A stretch of 64,000 nucleotides of DNA from Candidatus Latescibacterota bacterium. Lineage in GTDB: Bacteria; Latescibacterota; UBA2968; UBA8231. The stretch covers positions 1,888,001 through 1,952,000 of the forward strand of contig OZ241889.1 of NCBI GenBank assembly GCA_965203355.1, written 5' to 3'. The translations under genes were made by a program, and so were the position numbers. Positions 50,801-60,940 of the stretch are shown here, in pieces. Position 1 is the stretch's first letter; each line of letters opens with the position of its first letter. The notes below the pieces were generated by a model that saw only the letters and a list, made by a program, of their open reading frames with translations, made no database searches and had not been told where the DNA came from.

Positions 50801-53572
50801 CCTTTTCCCCGGCCGCGATGGTGACGGTCCCCGCTAAAGTCGCGGTATAATCCACGTCGCGGGTGGCCATCGCGCCGCTGGCCGGCGGCACAATCGTGAA
50901 GTGGACCGTCTCAGCCGCCGGAGCCGCGCCCGACAGAGTCGCCGTAACTCGGATTTCAGCCGTCTCGCCGTTTTCGCGCACGGCCGATTGCGAAGCCATC
51001 ACGCTGGCAACGCCAATCGTAACCGGCGCGGCGTCCGCGACCGTGATGGTGAAAGTCCGCACCCCGCCATCGCCGTCGGCATCAATCGCCGTATAGACGA
51101 CCGAGGCCATGCCCGCCAGCGTCGGCGTCCCGGAAAGCGTCCGCGTGGCCGCGTCAAACGACAGCCCCAGCGGCAGGTTCGACGAAACGCTGTACGAGAG
51201 CGTGCCTTGGCCGCCCGTGGCCGCGGGCAACACCGCGCTAAACGTTTGGCCAACCGTCGCTTCAAAGGCTAACGCGGCCGTGCCGAAACTCGGCCATCCC
51301 GTGTCCGCGGGCGTCTCGGAAGAATCATCCATCATCGCCGCGTCTTTCAGCTTGATCGCCACGGGGTCGACCGTGATCTTGTCGTCGTCTTGGTTCTTGA
51401 GGTCGTCCTTGAGTGGCTTCAGCGTGATCGTCTCGTCGTTGTCGGCGGCTCCGTCGTTGACCGGCGTGATCGTGATCGTCGTTGAGCCGGTGATCTCGCC
51501 CGCCGGAATCGTCAGCGAGCGAAGCACCGCCGTGTAATCCACATCCCGCGTCGCGGCACCGGACGCATCCTCATCCAAGACCAACGAGATCGTCGCATCC
51601 GCGTCGAGCACCTTGCCGTCTAACGTGCCGGTCACCGTGACCGTCGTCTCACCCGCGTCCTCTTTGATTTCACTCGGATTGACCGACAGCGTGATGTTCT
51701 CGCTCAGCGTCTCATCGTCCGTGATCTTGAACTCCACCGTATCCTTCTGAGACGCTTCGGTGCCGACCTTCGCTATCACCTCGAACGTCCGCGCATTATG
51801 CGAAGTGCTGTTGTCCACCGGTGTGACGCGCAGCGTCGCCGTGCCTTTCTTATCGCCCGCCGGGATCGTCAAGCCCTCAATGACTTCCACCTCGTAATGC
51901 ACATCGCGCGTCCCCTCCCCCGCCGTAATCTGAAAGTCCACCGCCTTCGCACCGGTTAAAGCCGTCTCCAACTCAACGGTCATCGTAACGTCCGTCACCC
52001 CAGCGGCCTCGCGGATGGTCGCCGGACTTAGCGTAAAATTCTTGAGCCGCGCCACCGCAACGTCTTCGACCGTGATGGTGCCGGGGTTGACCACAATAGG
52101 AATGACAAAAGAGTCCACATGCTTTAAGACATTATTTGGACCAGTATTGGGGATAGCATCAGGAGAGATTGACCCATCGCCGTTAAGGTCTATACCAATC
52201 GAGAGTTGCCTCACGTTGGTGCCAGCACCAAAATAAATAGGGGTCTGGCCCTGTCGGAACAGGGAGATACCTACTTCCGTTAATGCGCTATCGGCGGGCA
52301 CCACATAGGTATCCAAATAATCGCCATCATTGAAAAAATCGATCCCCAAGTCTTTTTCTACTAAGACGGTGCCCGCAGGGATGGTGTCGGAGTCCCTCAG
52401 ATTCCAAATATTATTATCCGTATCTAACCCAACATTTACATCACCCGCCGTATCACCTTCTCTGGTTCCAACATCCCCATCGCCGTTGAAATCTATGCCG
52501 ATGACTATAAGTTGGTTTCTATTAACTAATTCACGGATTGTACCGCTGGTTTTGACATCACCATCTGACTCGAAGGTCCCATCAACTTGCCTGTCGATCC
52601 GGACCTGCTTACCAGCACTATTCATCCGTTTCTTGAACGTCACATCCAGCGTCGCATCCTTGGTCCCCAGCACGATCTTACCCGCCTTATTATTCGGATC
52701 GACGGTGATCGTCGTCGTCGCGTCGATCCGCCGCTTTGGAATGGTCAACTTCCCCAGCCCCCGAATCGAGTAATCCACATCCCGCGTCAACGTACTAGTA
52801 GAAGAAACAACCAATTGAGTTTCAAGGTCGCGCTCCGTCCACGAGCCGCCCTTCAACAGCGCCGTCACTTCAACCGAGGTCGCATCCGCCTGCTTGCTGA
52901 GCTTGGCCGGCGAAACAGAGAGGTCGATATTGGGGACGAACACATCGTCGTCAATCAGCTCGATATAGAAGACGCCCGTAACACCAGTAAGATTCTCCAT
53001 ATAGGACGCGGCGGTTTTGCCTTTCTCGAAAATGGTTCCAGTAGAACCCCCTACGTCAATCACGATAGGAAGATTAACCCGCATTTTAACCTTACCCGTA
53101 TCGACCGCCGTACCCGCCGTTATGGTCAGGGTATCGACATCCGCCGAAGCGTTGGCCGCGTTAATTCCAATCCGATTATTGTTGATCGGAGTTATGGTGA
53201 TCGTCCCGGTCGCCTTGCGCTCGCCCTTCTTAATCACCAAAGAGGGGAAAGAGATTCTGAACAAATCGTTGAGATAGCGGGACGTGACACCGACAAGACG
53301 CAGCGGAAGCTGAAGATCGGCCTTCGCCTTCGCGTCAGCCGTTCGCAATTCGGCTGTTATCGTAATATCCTGCGCCCCTCCATCCTCGCGGACGGAACGC
53401 CGGTCAACGGATATGTCGATGTTCTCGGTCTGCGCCGCAGCCTCCCCGGCCCAGCCCAACACCAAACTGGCCACCAGCAAACAAAAAACGCTGTAAGTCG
53501 TTGTTTTTGAAAGACTTAACCCCCCCCCCCCCGACTTTCTGAGGACTGCACGAGCAACTTGAAGAGTTTCAT
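47868..53572 (-). CDS. Giant secreted surface protein (Calx-beta-like and putative Ig repeats, FnIII-like, dockerin/EF-like, cohesin-like, FlgD-Ig/T9SS-like CTD), frameshifted at a G13 tract
   Basis: TRDVDY repeats, three LPxGLSFDxATRT.SGTP repeats, two FDDFFVLADxFG, NYPNPFNP; ATG 53572 after GAGGAGG is out of frame with the main ORF 47868-53480. Confidence 0.85.
53520..53532 (-). repeat. G13 homopolymer in the signal-peptide coding region
   Basis: 13 consecutive C on the + strand. Confidence 0.95.
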
Positions 53573-53713
53573 TATTTAGCCTCCTCTGGGCTTAGGTAAG
53601 TGATAAAGGGAATTGTGCTTGACGCAAAAATTAAAGAAAGCCACGCTTTTGAGCAACAAGATATGTCGAAGGGATAAAAAGCCGTCAGTCCCTCGGAGAT
53701 TTTTATGGAGCGT

Positions 53714-53983
53714 TTAGCCGGGCAAACGCGACAAAATCAGTGTGCCTAGGGCTAGTAGGGTGGTCAATTGGATACCGATAAGCCAGCGAAAATCGCGGCG
53801 TTGCTCCTGCCGTAATGCGGTCAACTCCTGCCGCATCTCCTGCCGTAGTGCGTCAACGGATCGCTCTATGTTGTCAAAGCGGGCGTTGATCTGGCGACCT
53901 TGCTCGGTCAACTGCTCGGCGATGCCTTCCAGCCGTCCAAGGCGGCGGTCGTGGTCTTGGTCTTGGGTAATCGGTTCGTTCAT
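53714..53983 (-). CDS. Small coiled-coil protein with C-terminal TM helix (DUF1640/Bdr-like)
   Basis: Heptad region LRQEMRQELTALRQE, then FRWLIGIQLTTLLAL; GGAG RBS. Confidence 0.65.
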   Translation of the reverse strand: MNEPITQDQDHDRRLGRLEGIAEQLTEQGRQINARFDNIERSVDALRQEMRQELTALRQEQRRDFRWLIGIQLTTLLALGTLILSRLPG

Positions 53984-54023
53984 GGCTCCAGCCTTTCAGC
54001 GCATCAACCCGGCGCGGCGGTCG

Positions 54024-54857
54024 CTAGAGCGTAGAGGCGCGAGAAAGGCGGTGAGCGTTAATGGCGTCGCGCAGGGTTAGGGTCGCCTGCCGGGCCGCCG
54101 CCGCGAAATCGCTGCCTTGGGAGGCGTAGAGGATGCTGCGCGAGGAATTGATGAGGATGCCCGCGCCGCGCGAGTCGCCGCCGTTTTTGACGGCCAGCGC
54201 TATAGAGCCGCCTTGCGCGCCAACCCCGGGTATCAGCAAGGGCATGTCTGGCGCTAGGCCGCGGAGGCGCGCCAAGGGCTCGGGTTGGGTTGCGCCGACG
54301 ACTAGGCCGATGTTGTTGGCGGCGTTCCACTCGTGGGCTTTGGCGACGACCTGCTCGTATAAGGGCCGATCGCCCAGCGGATTCTTCTGAAAATCGTCGG
54401 CTCCGGGGTTGGACGTCAGGCAGACGAGAAAGGTGGTGCGGTCTCGGTACGCGGTGAAGGGCGAGACGCAGTCGTGGCCCAAATAGGGCGTTACTGTCAG
54501 CGCGTCACAGCCGAGGACTTCGTAGAAGGCGCGGGCGTATTGCTCGGCGGTGTTGCGCATGTCGCCGACCTTGGCATCGATGAGCACCGGGATGTCGGCG
54601 GGAATGTGGTCGAGCGTGCGTTTGAGCGTGGCAAAGCCGCCCGCGCCGAGGGCGTTGTAGAAAGCGAAGTTGGGCTTGTAGCAGCAGACGAGATCGCAGG
54701 TGGCGTCGATGATTTGCTGGTTGAAGTAGAGGACGGGATCGGCTTGGGTGCGGACGCTGGCGGGCAATTGCGCCGGATCGGTATCCAGCCCGACGCAGAC
54801 TAGCGAGTTATTCTTGGCGATCGCTCTCTTCCATTTCTCCGTAAAGCTCAAACTCAT
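54024..54857 (-). CDS. pyrF: Orotidine-5'-phosphate decarboxylase
   Basis: CVGLD, YKPNFAFY, DAKVGD, TSNPG, GLVVGAT, PGVGAQGG, NSSR. Confidence 0.95.
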   Translation of the reverse strand: MSLSFTEKWKRAIAKNNSLVCVGLDTDPAQLPASVRTQADPVLYFNQQIIDATCDLVCCYKPNFAFYNALGAGGFATLKRTLDHIPADIPVLIDAKVGDMRNTAEQYARAFYEVLGCDALTVTPYLGHDCVSPFTAYRDRTTFLVCLTSNPGADDFQKNPLGDRPLYEQVVAKAHEWNAANNIGLVVGATQPEPLARLRGLAPDMPLLIPGVGAQGGSIALAVKNGGDSRGAGILINSSRSILYASQGSDFAAAARQATLTLRDAINAHRLSRASTL

Positions 54858-55875
54858 TTTTCATTCCTTCTAAGATGAAAGGATCCGTATAGATAGAATC
54901 AAAGGCGGCTGGCGCGGGGCCGAGGAGGAAGGTCACCCGGCCTTGGCGCAAGAAGTCGCCGACCTCGTCGGCTTGCAGCACTTGAGCGGCATCGAAGTTG
55001 TCGAGGACGGCGTCGCCCGAGTAGCGGCCAGCCGTGCCGATGGCCCTGACGACAAAGGGATTGGCGTTTTCTCCGCCCAGCCGTTCGCTGGTGTAGGCCC
55101 GGGCCATGTCGTCGTCGTAGCCGACCACTCCGTAGTCTGTGGCGAGGCGGCGGTCCACGGTGGCCGCGCCGTGAATCACGGACCCATCCGCGCTGAGTAC
55201 GCTCGGTGCGATGCTCGGTTGCAGCCCGAGCCCGCGGACGTCGACGAGTAAGCCCGTGTAGGGTGCTTCGGGCACGAAAAACACGAGTTCGTCGGGCGGT
55301 AGCGAGTCGGCGGCAGACGCGGCGAGTGAGTCCGTCATAGCCGATAGCGTTAGGGAATCAGGGGGCGCAGACGCGGCGAATGAGTCGGCGGGAGCGGGCC
55401 TCAGCGAATCGGCGGTCGTTGGGGATGCAGGGGCGTTCAAGCCGTATGATCTGGGGTCGATAGGCTCGACTTGAGGCAGCACCGCCGCCGCGAAATCGCC
55501 CAACAGCCGCAGCCGCACGGCAATGCGATAGTGCCCTTGGTCCTGGCTTTGCGAGCCCAGGGCCACGCGGACGAGGTCTTGAAAATCGCGAGAGCGGCCG
55601 GCGTCTTGTAGTTGGATGTCGGCGTTGAGGCGCACTTGGCCGATTAGTTGGCGCATGTTGCGGAAGGCCGCGTCCCGGGCCTGGCGCAACCCGTGGAGCC
55701 GCTGCTGGATGGGGTCGGTGATTGCCGCGGGCGCGGTGCCGTTGCCATAGGCCAAGAGCGCGTGTTGCGTCCAGTCGATGTAGCCTTTGGCTAGCGGCTC
55801 GATTGCGTAGCGTTCGGGTTGTTGGGCGGGTAGCCGTGCGGCCATCAACACCAGCGCGGCGATCACAGGGAACAT
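54808..55875 (-). CDS. Secreted hypothetical protein (LPP20-like)
   Basis: Signal peptide, IDW....A.G.G, YTGLLVDVRGL; low-complexity DSL linker. Confidence 0.6.
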   Translation of the reverse strand: MFPVIAALVLMAARLPAQQPERYAIEPLAKGYIDWTQHALLAYGNGTAPAAITDPIQQRLHGLRQARDAAFRNMRQLIGQVRLNADIQLQDAGRSRDFQDLVRVALGSQSQDQGHYRIAVRLRLLGDFAAAVLPQVEPIDPRSYGLNAPASPTTADSLRPAPADSFAASAPPDSLTLSAMTDSLAASAADSLPPDELVFFVPEAPYTGLLVDVRGLGLQPSIAPSVLSADGSVIHGAATVDRRLATDYGVVGYDDDMARAYTSERLGGENANPFVVRAIGTAGRYSGDAVLDNFDAAQVLQADEVGDFLRQGRVTFLLGPAPAAFDSIYTDPFILEGMKNEFELYGEMEESDRQE

Positions 55876-55927
55876 AATAGCGCTCCAGCAATAGAAAAAT
55901 CACCCGGAGCCGCCAAGCCCCGGGTGT

Positions 55928-56303
55928 GGGAGAAGTAAGTCTATAAGCCGAGTTCTGTCCACGCACCGGAAGTGCGCTGTGCGGGCATTCATCTGGGGCG
56001 GCGGTTGCCCGACCGCCTCGGTGCAGCTTACCCGGGAATCTAGCGAGGCGGACCGCCTCTTTTCCCCTATTTAGCCTTGCTCCGGATGAGGTTTACCCTG
56101 CCACCGGCGTCGCCGCCGATGCGGTGAGCTCTTACCTCGCCTTTTCAACCTTACCCAGCAAGCTGGGCGGTGTGTTTTCTGTGGCACTGTCTGTGGGGTC
56201 GCCCCCCCTGGGCGTTACCCAGCATCCTGTCCTGTGGAGCTCGGACTTTCCTCACTAGCGGCCACTGAGGGCTGCTAGCGTGCCCGCCCGACTTACTTCT
56301 CCC
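55928..56303 (-). ncRNA. rnpB: RNase P RNA, bacterial type A
   Basis: GAGGAAAGTCCGAGCTC, CAGTGCCACAGAAAA, ACAGAACTCGGCTTA; P1 ends GGGAGAAGTAAGTC/GACTTACTTCTCCC. Confidence 0.97.
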
Positions 56304-56316
56304 AAAATCAAACCAA

Positions 56317-57018
56317 CTACTCGGCCCAGACCATAATGGCACCGCAATTCTCGCAGTAGATGACGCGGTCGCCAACGCGCACTTCGTTGAATATTTGGGC
56401 GGGCATTTGGTGGTAACAAACACCGCAAGCCTCCCGGTGTACGGCGGCGATGCGAATGCCGCGTCGCCCCGTCTTTTGATTGTAGAGCTGCAGCAGTTGA
56501 GGATCGATGTGCTCGGCGACTCCGGCCCGACTCTTTTTAACTGCGTCGATTTGCTCCTGCATGGTGCCGAGCAAGCCTTCGAGCTCGTCAATGCGCTCTT
56601 GCTCGACCTCGCGGACGGCCTCAAACGCCTCGTGCTCGTCGTCGATTTTCGCTTGAATCTTCTCTTGCGCCTCGAGGACTTTGAGCAATTTTGCCTCGTG
56701 CTCGGCCATGGTCTTTTTGCAAATCTCGACTTCGAGCTGGAGCGCGTCGTATTCTTTGTTGGTGGTTACTACGGAAAAACGCTCCTCGCGCTCGCGCAGG
56801 GCGGCTTTGCCGCTTTCGATCTCGCGCTCGCAGTGCCGCTGATCTTTGGCGTACTGCTCGTTCTCGGCTTCTAGCTCGGACAAAGTGGACCGCGCTTTTG
56901 CTATCCTGCTGCGCCGTAGGTCGATTTCAGCGGGATATTCTTCTTTGGCCTCTTCGAGCGAGAAGAGTTTTTTATCCACTTCTTGGAGCTTCAATAGTTG
57001 CAACAAACCCTCTTTCAT
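56317..57018 (-). CDS. C4-type zinc-ribbon coiled-coil protein (DUF164 family)
   Basis: LLKLQEVD, NKEY.AL..E, CGVC...CENCG; adjacent to rnpB. Confidence 0.9.
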   Translation of the reverse strand: MKEGLLQLLKLQEVDKKLFSLEEAKEEYPAEIDLRRSRIAKARSTLSELEAENEQYAKDQRHCEREIESGKAALREREERFSVVTTNKEYDALQLEVEICKKTMAEHEAKLLKVLEAQEKIQAKIDDEHEAFEAVREVEQERIDELEGLLGTMQEQIDAVKKSRAGVAEHIDPQLLQLYNQKTGRRGIRIAAVHREACGVCYHQMPAQIFNEVRVGDRVIYCENCGAIMVWAE

Positions 57019-57054
57019 GCGGCCTCTCGTCTCCTAAATTACGCGAAACAAAGA

Positions 57055-57080
57055 AAAAGAGCGCATCAAAGATGCACTCT
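57055..57080 (-). terminator. Hairpin plus T-run upstream of the Zn-ribbon gene
   Basis: Minus strand GAGTGCATC-TTT-GATGCGCTC-TTTTT. Confidence 0.5.
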
Positions 57081-57214
57081 AATGAATCGCATGAGTTGCT
57101 GCTGGTGAGCAAACATTGGGTGGCGGTAAATCTAGGATGTCGCGTCATCAGCAGCTTGTAGTTCTCGGTTGGGATAAATGAACCTTTTTAATTACGGGTA
57201 CTTGAATACGGCGG

Positions 57215-58162
57215 TCAAGAGAGCAGCGACCGCGCCGCCTGCGCGACGTGTCCGGGGGTCAAGCCGTATTTTTGCAGCAGGTCTTCGTTGGGGGCGGATT
57301 CGCCGAATACGTCGCGGATGCCAACGCGCCGCATGGGCGTGGGACGCCGCTCGCCTAGCACTTCAGCGACCGCGCCGCCCAAGCCGCCGACGATGGTGTG
57401 GTCTTCGGCCGTTACTACGCAGCCCGTTTGCGCGGCCGCGGCGACAATGGCGTCTGCGTCGAGTGGCTTGAGGGTCGGTACATGGAGGACGAGCGCCGAG
57501 ATCCCTTCGCGTGCCAACTCGTCGGTCGCGGCGAGGCAGCGCGGGGTTTGGGCGCCCGTGGATATGAGAGTGATGTCCGTGCCTTCGCGCAGGACCAGGG
57601 CGCGGCCCAACTCAAACTCGTAGTCGGCTGGGAAGACGACAGGTTCCGGGTCGCGCGTCATGCGCACGTACACCGGGCCGGGCAAGTCGTTGGCCGCCAG
57701 CATACAGGCGCGGACTTCTACGGCGTCGGCCGGGGCCAAAACGGTCATATTCGGCATGGCGCGCAGGACGGAGATGTCGGCGATCTCTTGATGGGTTTTG
57801 CCGGTTTTGCCAGTCAACAAGCCCGAGTAGGCACCGCAGAGCTTGACCGGTAGATTGGGCTGGGCGACGACGACGCGGAGCTGGTCGAGATCGCGGTTGA
57901 CGATGAAGCAGGCGAAGCTGCTCAGCCACGGCACGAGGCCGCAGGTGGCCATGCCAGCGGCGACGCCCATCATGTTTTGCTCGGCAATGCCCATTTCGAG
58001 GAAGCGGTCGGGCCGTGCGCGGGCGACTTTGTCGGCCTTGGTCGAGTTGGCCAAGTCGCCGTCGAGCACGTACACGCGCGGGTCGCGGTCCATCAGTTCG
58101 ATGAGTGTGTCGCCAAAAGCGTCGCGCTGGGCCAGCATCTCGCCGGTGGTGGAGAGGTTCAC
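57215..58162 (-). CDS. Transketolase, C-terminal subunit
   Basis: GIAEQNM, GKTHQ..D, GPVYVR, EDH..GGLG; GTGA overlap with the upstream gene. Confidence 0.92.
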   Translation of the reverse strand: MNLSTTGEMLAQRDAFGDTLIELMDRDPRVYVLDGDLANSTKADKVARARPDRFLEMGIAEQNMMGVAAGMATCGLVPWLSSFACFIVNRDLDQLRVVVAQPNLPVKLCGAYSGLLTGKTGKTHQEIADISVLRAMPNMTVLAPADAVEVRACMLAANDLPGPVYVRMTRDPEPVVFPADYEFELGRALVLREGTDITLISTGAQTPRCLAATDELAREGISALVLHVPTLKPLDADAIVAAAAQTGCVVTAEDHTIVGGLGGAVAEVLGERRPTPMRRVGIRDVFGESAPNEDLLQKYGLTPGHVAQAARSLLS

Positions 58163-59025
58163 AGAGCGGCCTCCTGTGTGGCGAGTTCGTCTTGCGCTTG
58201 TTTGAGATCTTGGTCGGTCACGGGTTTGGAATGCCAGTTGAAGTCGTTTTCCATGTAGGAGATTCCTCGGCCCTTGATCGTGCGGGCGACGATAATGGTG
58301 GGTTGGCCGCGGTGTGATTTGGCTGCGGCAAAGGCCGCGAGAATGGCGGGGAAGTCGTGGCCGTCGGTCTCGATGGCGTTCCAGCCAAAGGCGCGCCAGC
58401 GGTTGAGCGGATTTTCCTGCGCGGCCAAGCGGTCGAGCACGCCGTAGCCCTTTTCGGTAGCCCAGCCGTATTGCTGGAGGCCGTTCCAGTCGAGGATGGC
58501 GGTGAGATTGTCGAGGCCGTAGCGCGCCGCGACAAAGGCCGCCTCCCATATTTGCCCCTCCTGTGAGTCGCCGTCGCCGATCATCACCCAAGTGCGGAAG
58601 CCTCGCCCTTGCAGACGGGCGGCGAGGGCCATGCCGAGGCCGGGCGACAGGCCCTGGCCCAGCGAGCCGGTGGACATGTCGAGGCCGGGGAGGACGCTCA
58701 TGTCTGGATGCCCTTGTAGGCGGGAGTCCACGGCGTCAAAGGTGGCGAGTTCCTCAATGGGCAGGTAGCCGCGCAGGGCCAAGGCCGCGTACAGACCGAT
58801 CGAGGAGTGTCCCTTGGATAGGATAAAGCGATCGCGGTCTGGGTCGTGCGGTCGGTCTGGGTCGATGTTCAACTCGGCGAAGTACAGGGCGATGAGCAAC
58901 TCGGCCGCGGACATGGGGCCACCTAAGTGGCCGGCCCCGGCGCGGTGTACCGACTCGACGACGAGGCGGCGCAACTGGATGGCATGGCGCTTTAGTTCGG
59001 CGTGGCGCGCGTGCGTCAGGCTCAT
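58159..59025 (-). CDS. Transketolase, N-terminal (TPP-binding) subunit
   Basis: GHLGG, LSKGH, LQGHP, TGSLGQG, GDGD.QEG. Confidence 0.93.
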   Translation of the reverse strand: MSLTHARHAELKRHAIQLRRLVVESVHRAGAGHLGGPMSAAELLIALYFAELNIDPDRPHDPDRDRFILSKGHSSIGLYAALALRGYLPIEELATFDAVDSRLQGHPDMSVLPGLDMSTGSLGQGLSPGLGMALAARLQGRGFRTWVMIGDGDSQEGQIWEAAFVAARYGLDNLTAILDWNGLQQYGWATEKGYGVLDRLAAQENPLNRWRAFGWNAIETDGHDFPAILAAFAAAKSHRGQPTIIVARTIKGRGISYMENDFNWHSKPVTDQDLKQAQDELATQEAAL

Positions 59026-59072
59026 AGAAGTTCTCCTTTTTGCGGCTCGTTAAGGTAGAAATCGACGCGGCG

Positions 59073-60074
59073 TTAGTCCAGCCACGGCGGTGCAACGCCA
59101 AAGGCCCGGCCACATTCGTCTAAGCGCTCGATGTCTTCTAAGCCGATGGGAATACCGTCGCGTGCGTACGCTTCCTCGTTGCGGTGTTCGGGCGTGCCGG
59201 GCAGCGTGACTTCGTCGTACCCACGCAGCGGAATTAGCTGCTCGCTCGCTAGACGCACCAACTCATCAACGCCGTGGCGCACTTGTGGAGCAGGCGCGAA
59301 GAGGCCCAAGTCGAGGACGAGGATTAAGCTGCCCATGCGCGCGGCGGGCCATTGCGCGGCGATCGCGCGGGCGCGGTCGCTGCCTTGGCCGACAAAAGCT
59401 CCGCCGAGTAAGGTGGCAATGGCGGTGTAGCCCATGGATTTGAAGAAGGCCGCCGGGATCAGTTCTTCTATGGCTTCGATCGGCTCGCCGCGCTGGTAGT
59501 CGGCGAGGATGCAGGTGGCCACGTCGAGCACCGCTGGTGGCCCTTCTTGTCCGGGCAGGCCAAAGCACAAGGGCGGATTGCCGTAGTGGGCGGCGCGCTT
59601 GCCGTCGTTGCTGGGGTAGTACTGGGGATGGGCCGCTTGTACCGAGAAGCCCACGCAGTTTTCCGCCATGGCGCGGCGCACGTAGTGTCCGGCTGACCCG
59701 TAGTGTCCTATGTGGCAGGCCGCGCCGATGGCGAGCCCTTTTTCCTTGGCCTTGGCGATGGCGCGTTCGGTGGCGAGCATGGTCGGCGCGTACCCGAGGC
59801 TGCCATCGCCATCGACAAAGACGTGGGTGTCGCTTTCGCGCAGGACGCGGATGGCTGGAGCGGGGTTGGCCTTTTTGTCGCGGAGGGTGCAGCAATACCC
59901 GTACAGGGCGCGGGTGCCGTGCGAGCGCACACCGCGCAAATCCGAATTGGTCAGCAGGTCGGCCAACTGCGCGGCGTGTGCGGCGGACAGGCCCGCGATG
60001 CGGAGGCAGGCCGTGCCAAAGGTTCTGAGGTCGGCCGCGGCAATGCGTTTGAATTCTGTGGGGGGGCGGTTCAT
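59073..60074 (-). CDS. Ldh_2 family (malate/L-lactate/ureidoglycolate) oxidoreductase
   Basis: DLRGVRSHG, HYG.AG.Y, GNPPL, LPG..E. Confidence 0.85.
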   Translation of the reverse strand: MNRPPTEFKRIAAADLRTFGTACLRIAGLSAAHAAQLADLLTNSDLRGVRSHGTRALYGYCCTLRDKKANPAPAIRVLRESDTHVFVDGDGSLGYAPTMLATERAIAKAKEKGLAIGAACHIGHYGSAGHYVRRAMAENCVGFSVQAAHPQYYPSNDGKRAAHYGNPPLCFGLPGQEGPPAVLDVATCILADYQRGEPIEAIEELIPAAFFKSMGYTAIATLLGGAFVGQGSDRARAIAAQWPAARMGSLILVLDLGLFAPAPQVRHGVDELVRLASEQLIPLRGYDEVTLPGTPEHRNEEAYARDGIPIGLEDIERLDECGRAFGVAPPWLD

Positions 60075-60094
60075 GGGAGAAGCTCCTGTGGGCG

Positions 60095-60940
60095 TTAAGG
60101 ATGATTGGCTTGGCGGGCCAGTAGGTCGGCGAGTGCCGCGCCGACTTGGTCGGGGTCGCTGGCGGGCGCTGCGGCTAGCGCGCGTCGGTAGAAGTGCTCG
60201 GCCTGCCGATAGCGATCCTGCGCGTCGTACAGACGGCCTAGGTAATAACAGGTGCGAGCCAGGTCGGGATGGTCGCCCGTTTGCCGGGCTAATGCGCTGT
60301 GGTACAGGGGGGCGGCCCGTTGGTAGTGGCCTTGGAGGAACAGGGCATGGGCGCGGGCGCGGAGGTTGAGGGCATGGGCGCGCTGGGCGAGAGAATCGCT
60401 CGCGGCGCGGTCGCCCTCGGCGCGGTAGAGGTCGGCTAACTTCTGCATAGTCGCGGCCACTTCTTCGTCGCCTTGGTGCGTCTGTTGGAAGGCGAGGACG
60501 CGGTCGTAGAGTGGGGTGGCCTCGGCTAGCCGCCGCTGTAGCCGATAGGTGTCGCCCAACTTGTCGAGCGTCAGCATCTTGTCGGGATGGTCGTCTGGGA
60601 GCGGGGTTTGCCGCGCGCGCAAGTGCTGGTAGAGGCTTTCGGCTCGGGCGAGTTCGCCGCGCACCACGTGGAGTTGAGCCAGTTGGTGGGCGGTGCGGCC
60701 GTAGCGGGGGTCGTCGGGAGCGAAGGTCTCGGCTAGGACCAGGGCGTGGGCTAGGGATTGTTCGGCCTCGTCAAAGCGGCTCTGGCCGAGTGCTGAGCGT
60801 CCGGCTTGATAGTGTTGGGACCAATCCTCGGCGTTGGGGTCTGGCTGGCTACAGGCAAGGGCGAGGGAGGAAAAGAAGATACGCAGCGTGGTCTGCGGTC
60901 TGTGGGCAGTGGGCCGTCGTTTAAGCAAATAGCTTTTCAT
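60095..60940 (-). CDS. TPR-repeat lipoprotein
   Basis: Lipobox ALAC; kinesin-light-chain-like TPRs (HPD.A....LG.LY..Q.RY..AE..Y.RAL). Confidence 0.8.
   Translation of the reverse strand: MKSYLLKRRPTAHRPQTTLRIFFSSLALACSQPDPNAEDWSQHYQAGRSALGQSRFDEAEQSLAHALVLAETFAPDDPRYGRTAHQLAQLHVVRGELARAESLYQHLRARQTPLPDDHPDKMLTLDKLGDTYRLQRRLAEATPLYDRVLAFQQTHQGDEEVAATMQKLADLYRAEGDRAASDSLAQRAHALNLRARAHALFLQGHYQRAAPLYHSALARQTGDHPDLARTCYYLGRLYDAQDRYRQAEHFYRRALAAAPASDPDQVGAALADLLARQANHP

Noticed and set aside
49770-51170. Three ~50-70 nt DNA repeats as a mobile or regulatory element
   Set aside because: Explained by the three putative Ig-domain repeats of the protein
57095-57115. tRNA 3' remnant (GCTCACCA on the minus strand) upstream of the hairpin before the Zn-ribbon gene
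   Set aside because: Only 8 nt, with no T-arm or cloverleaf
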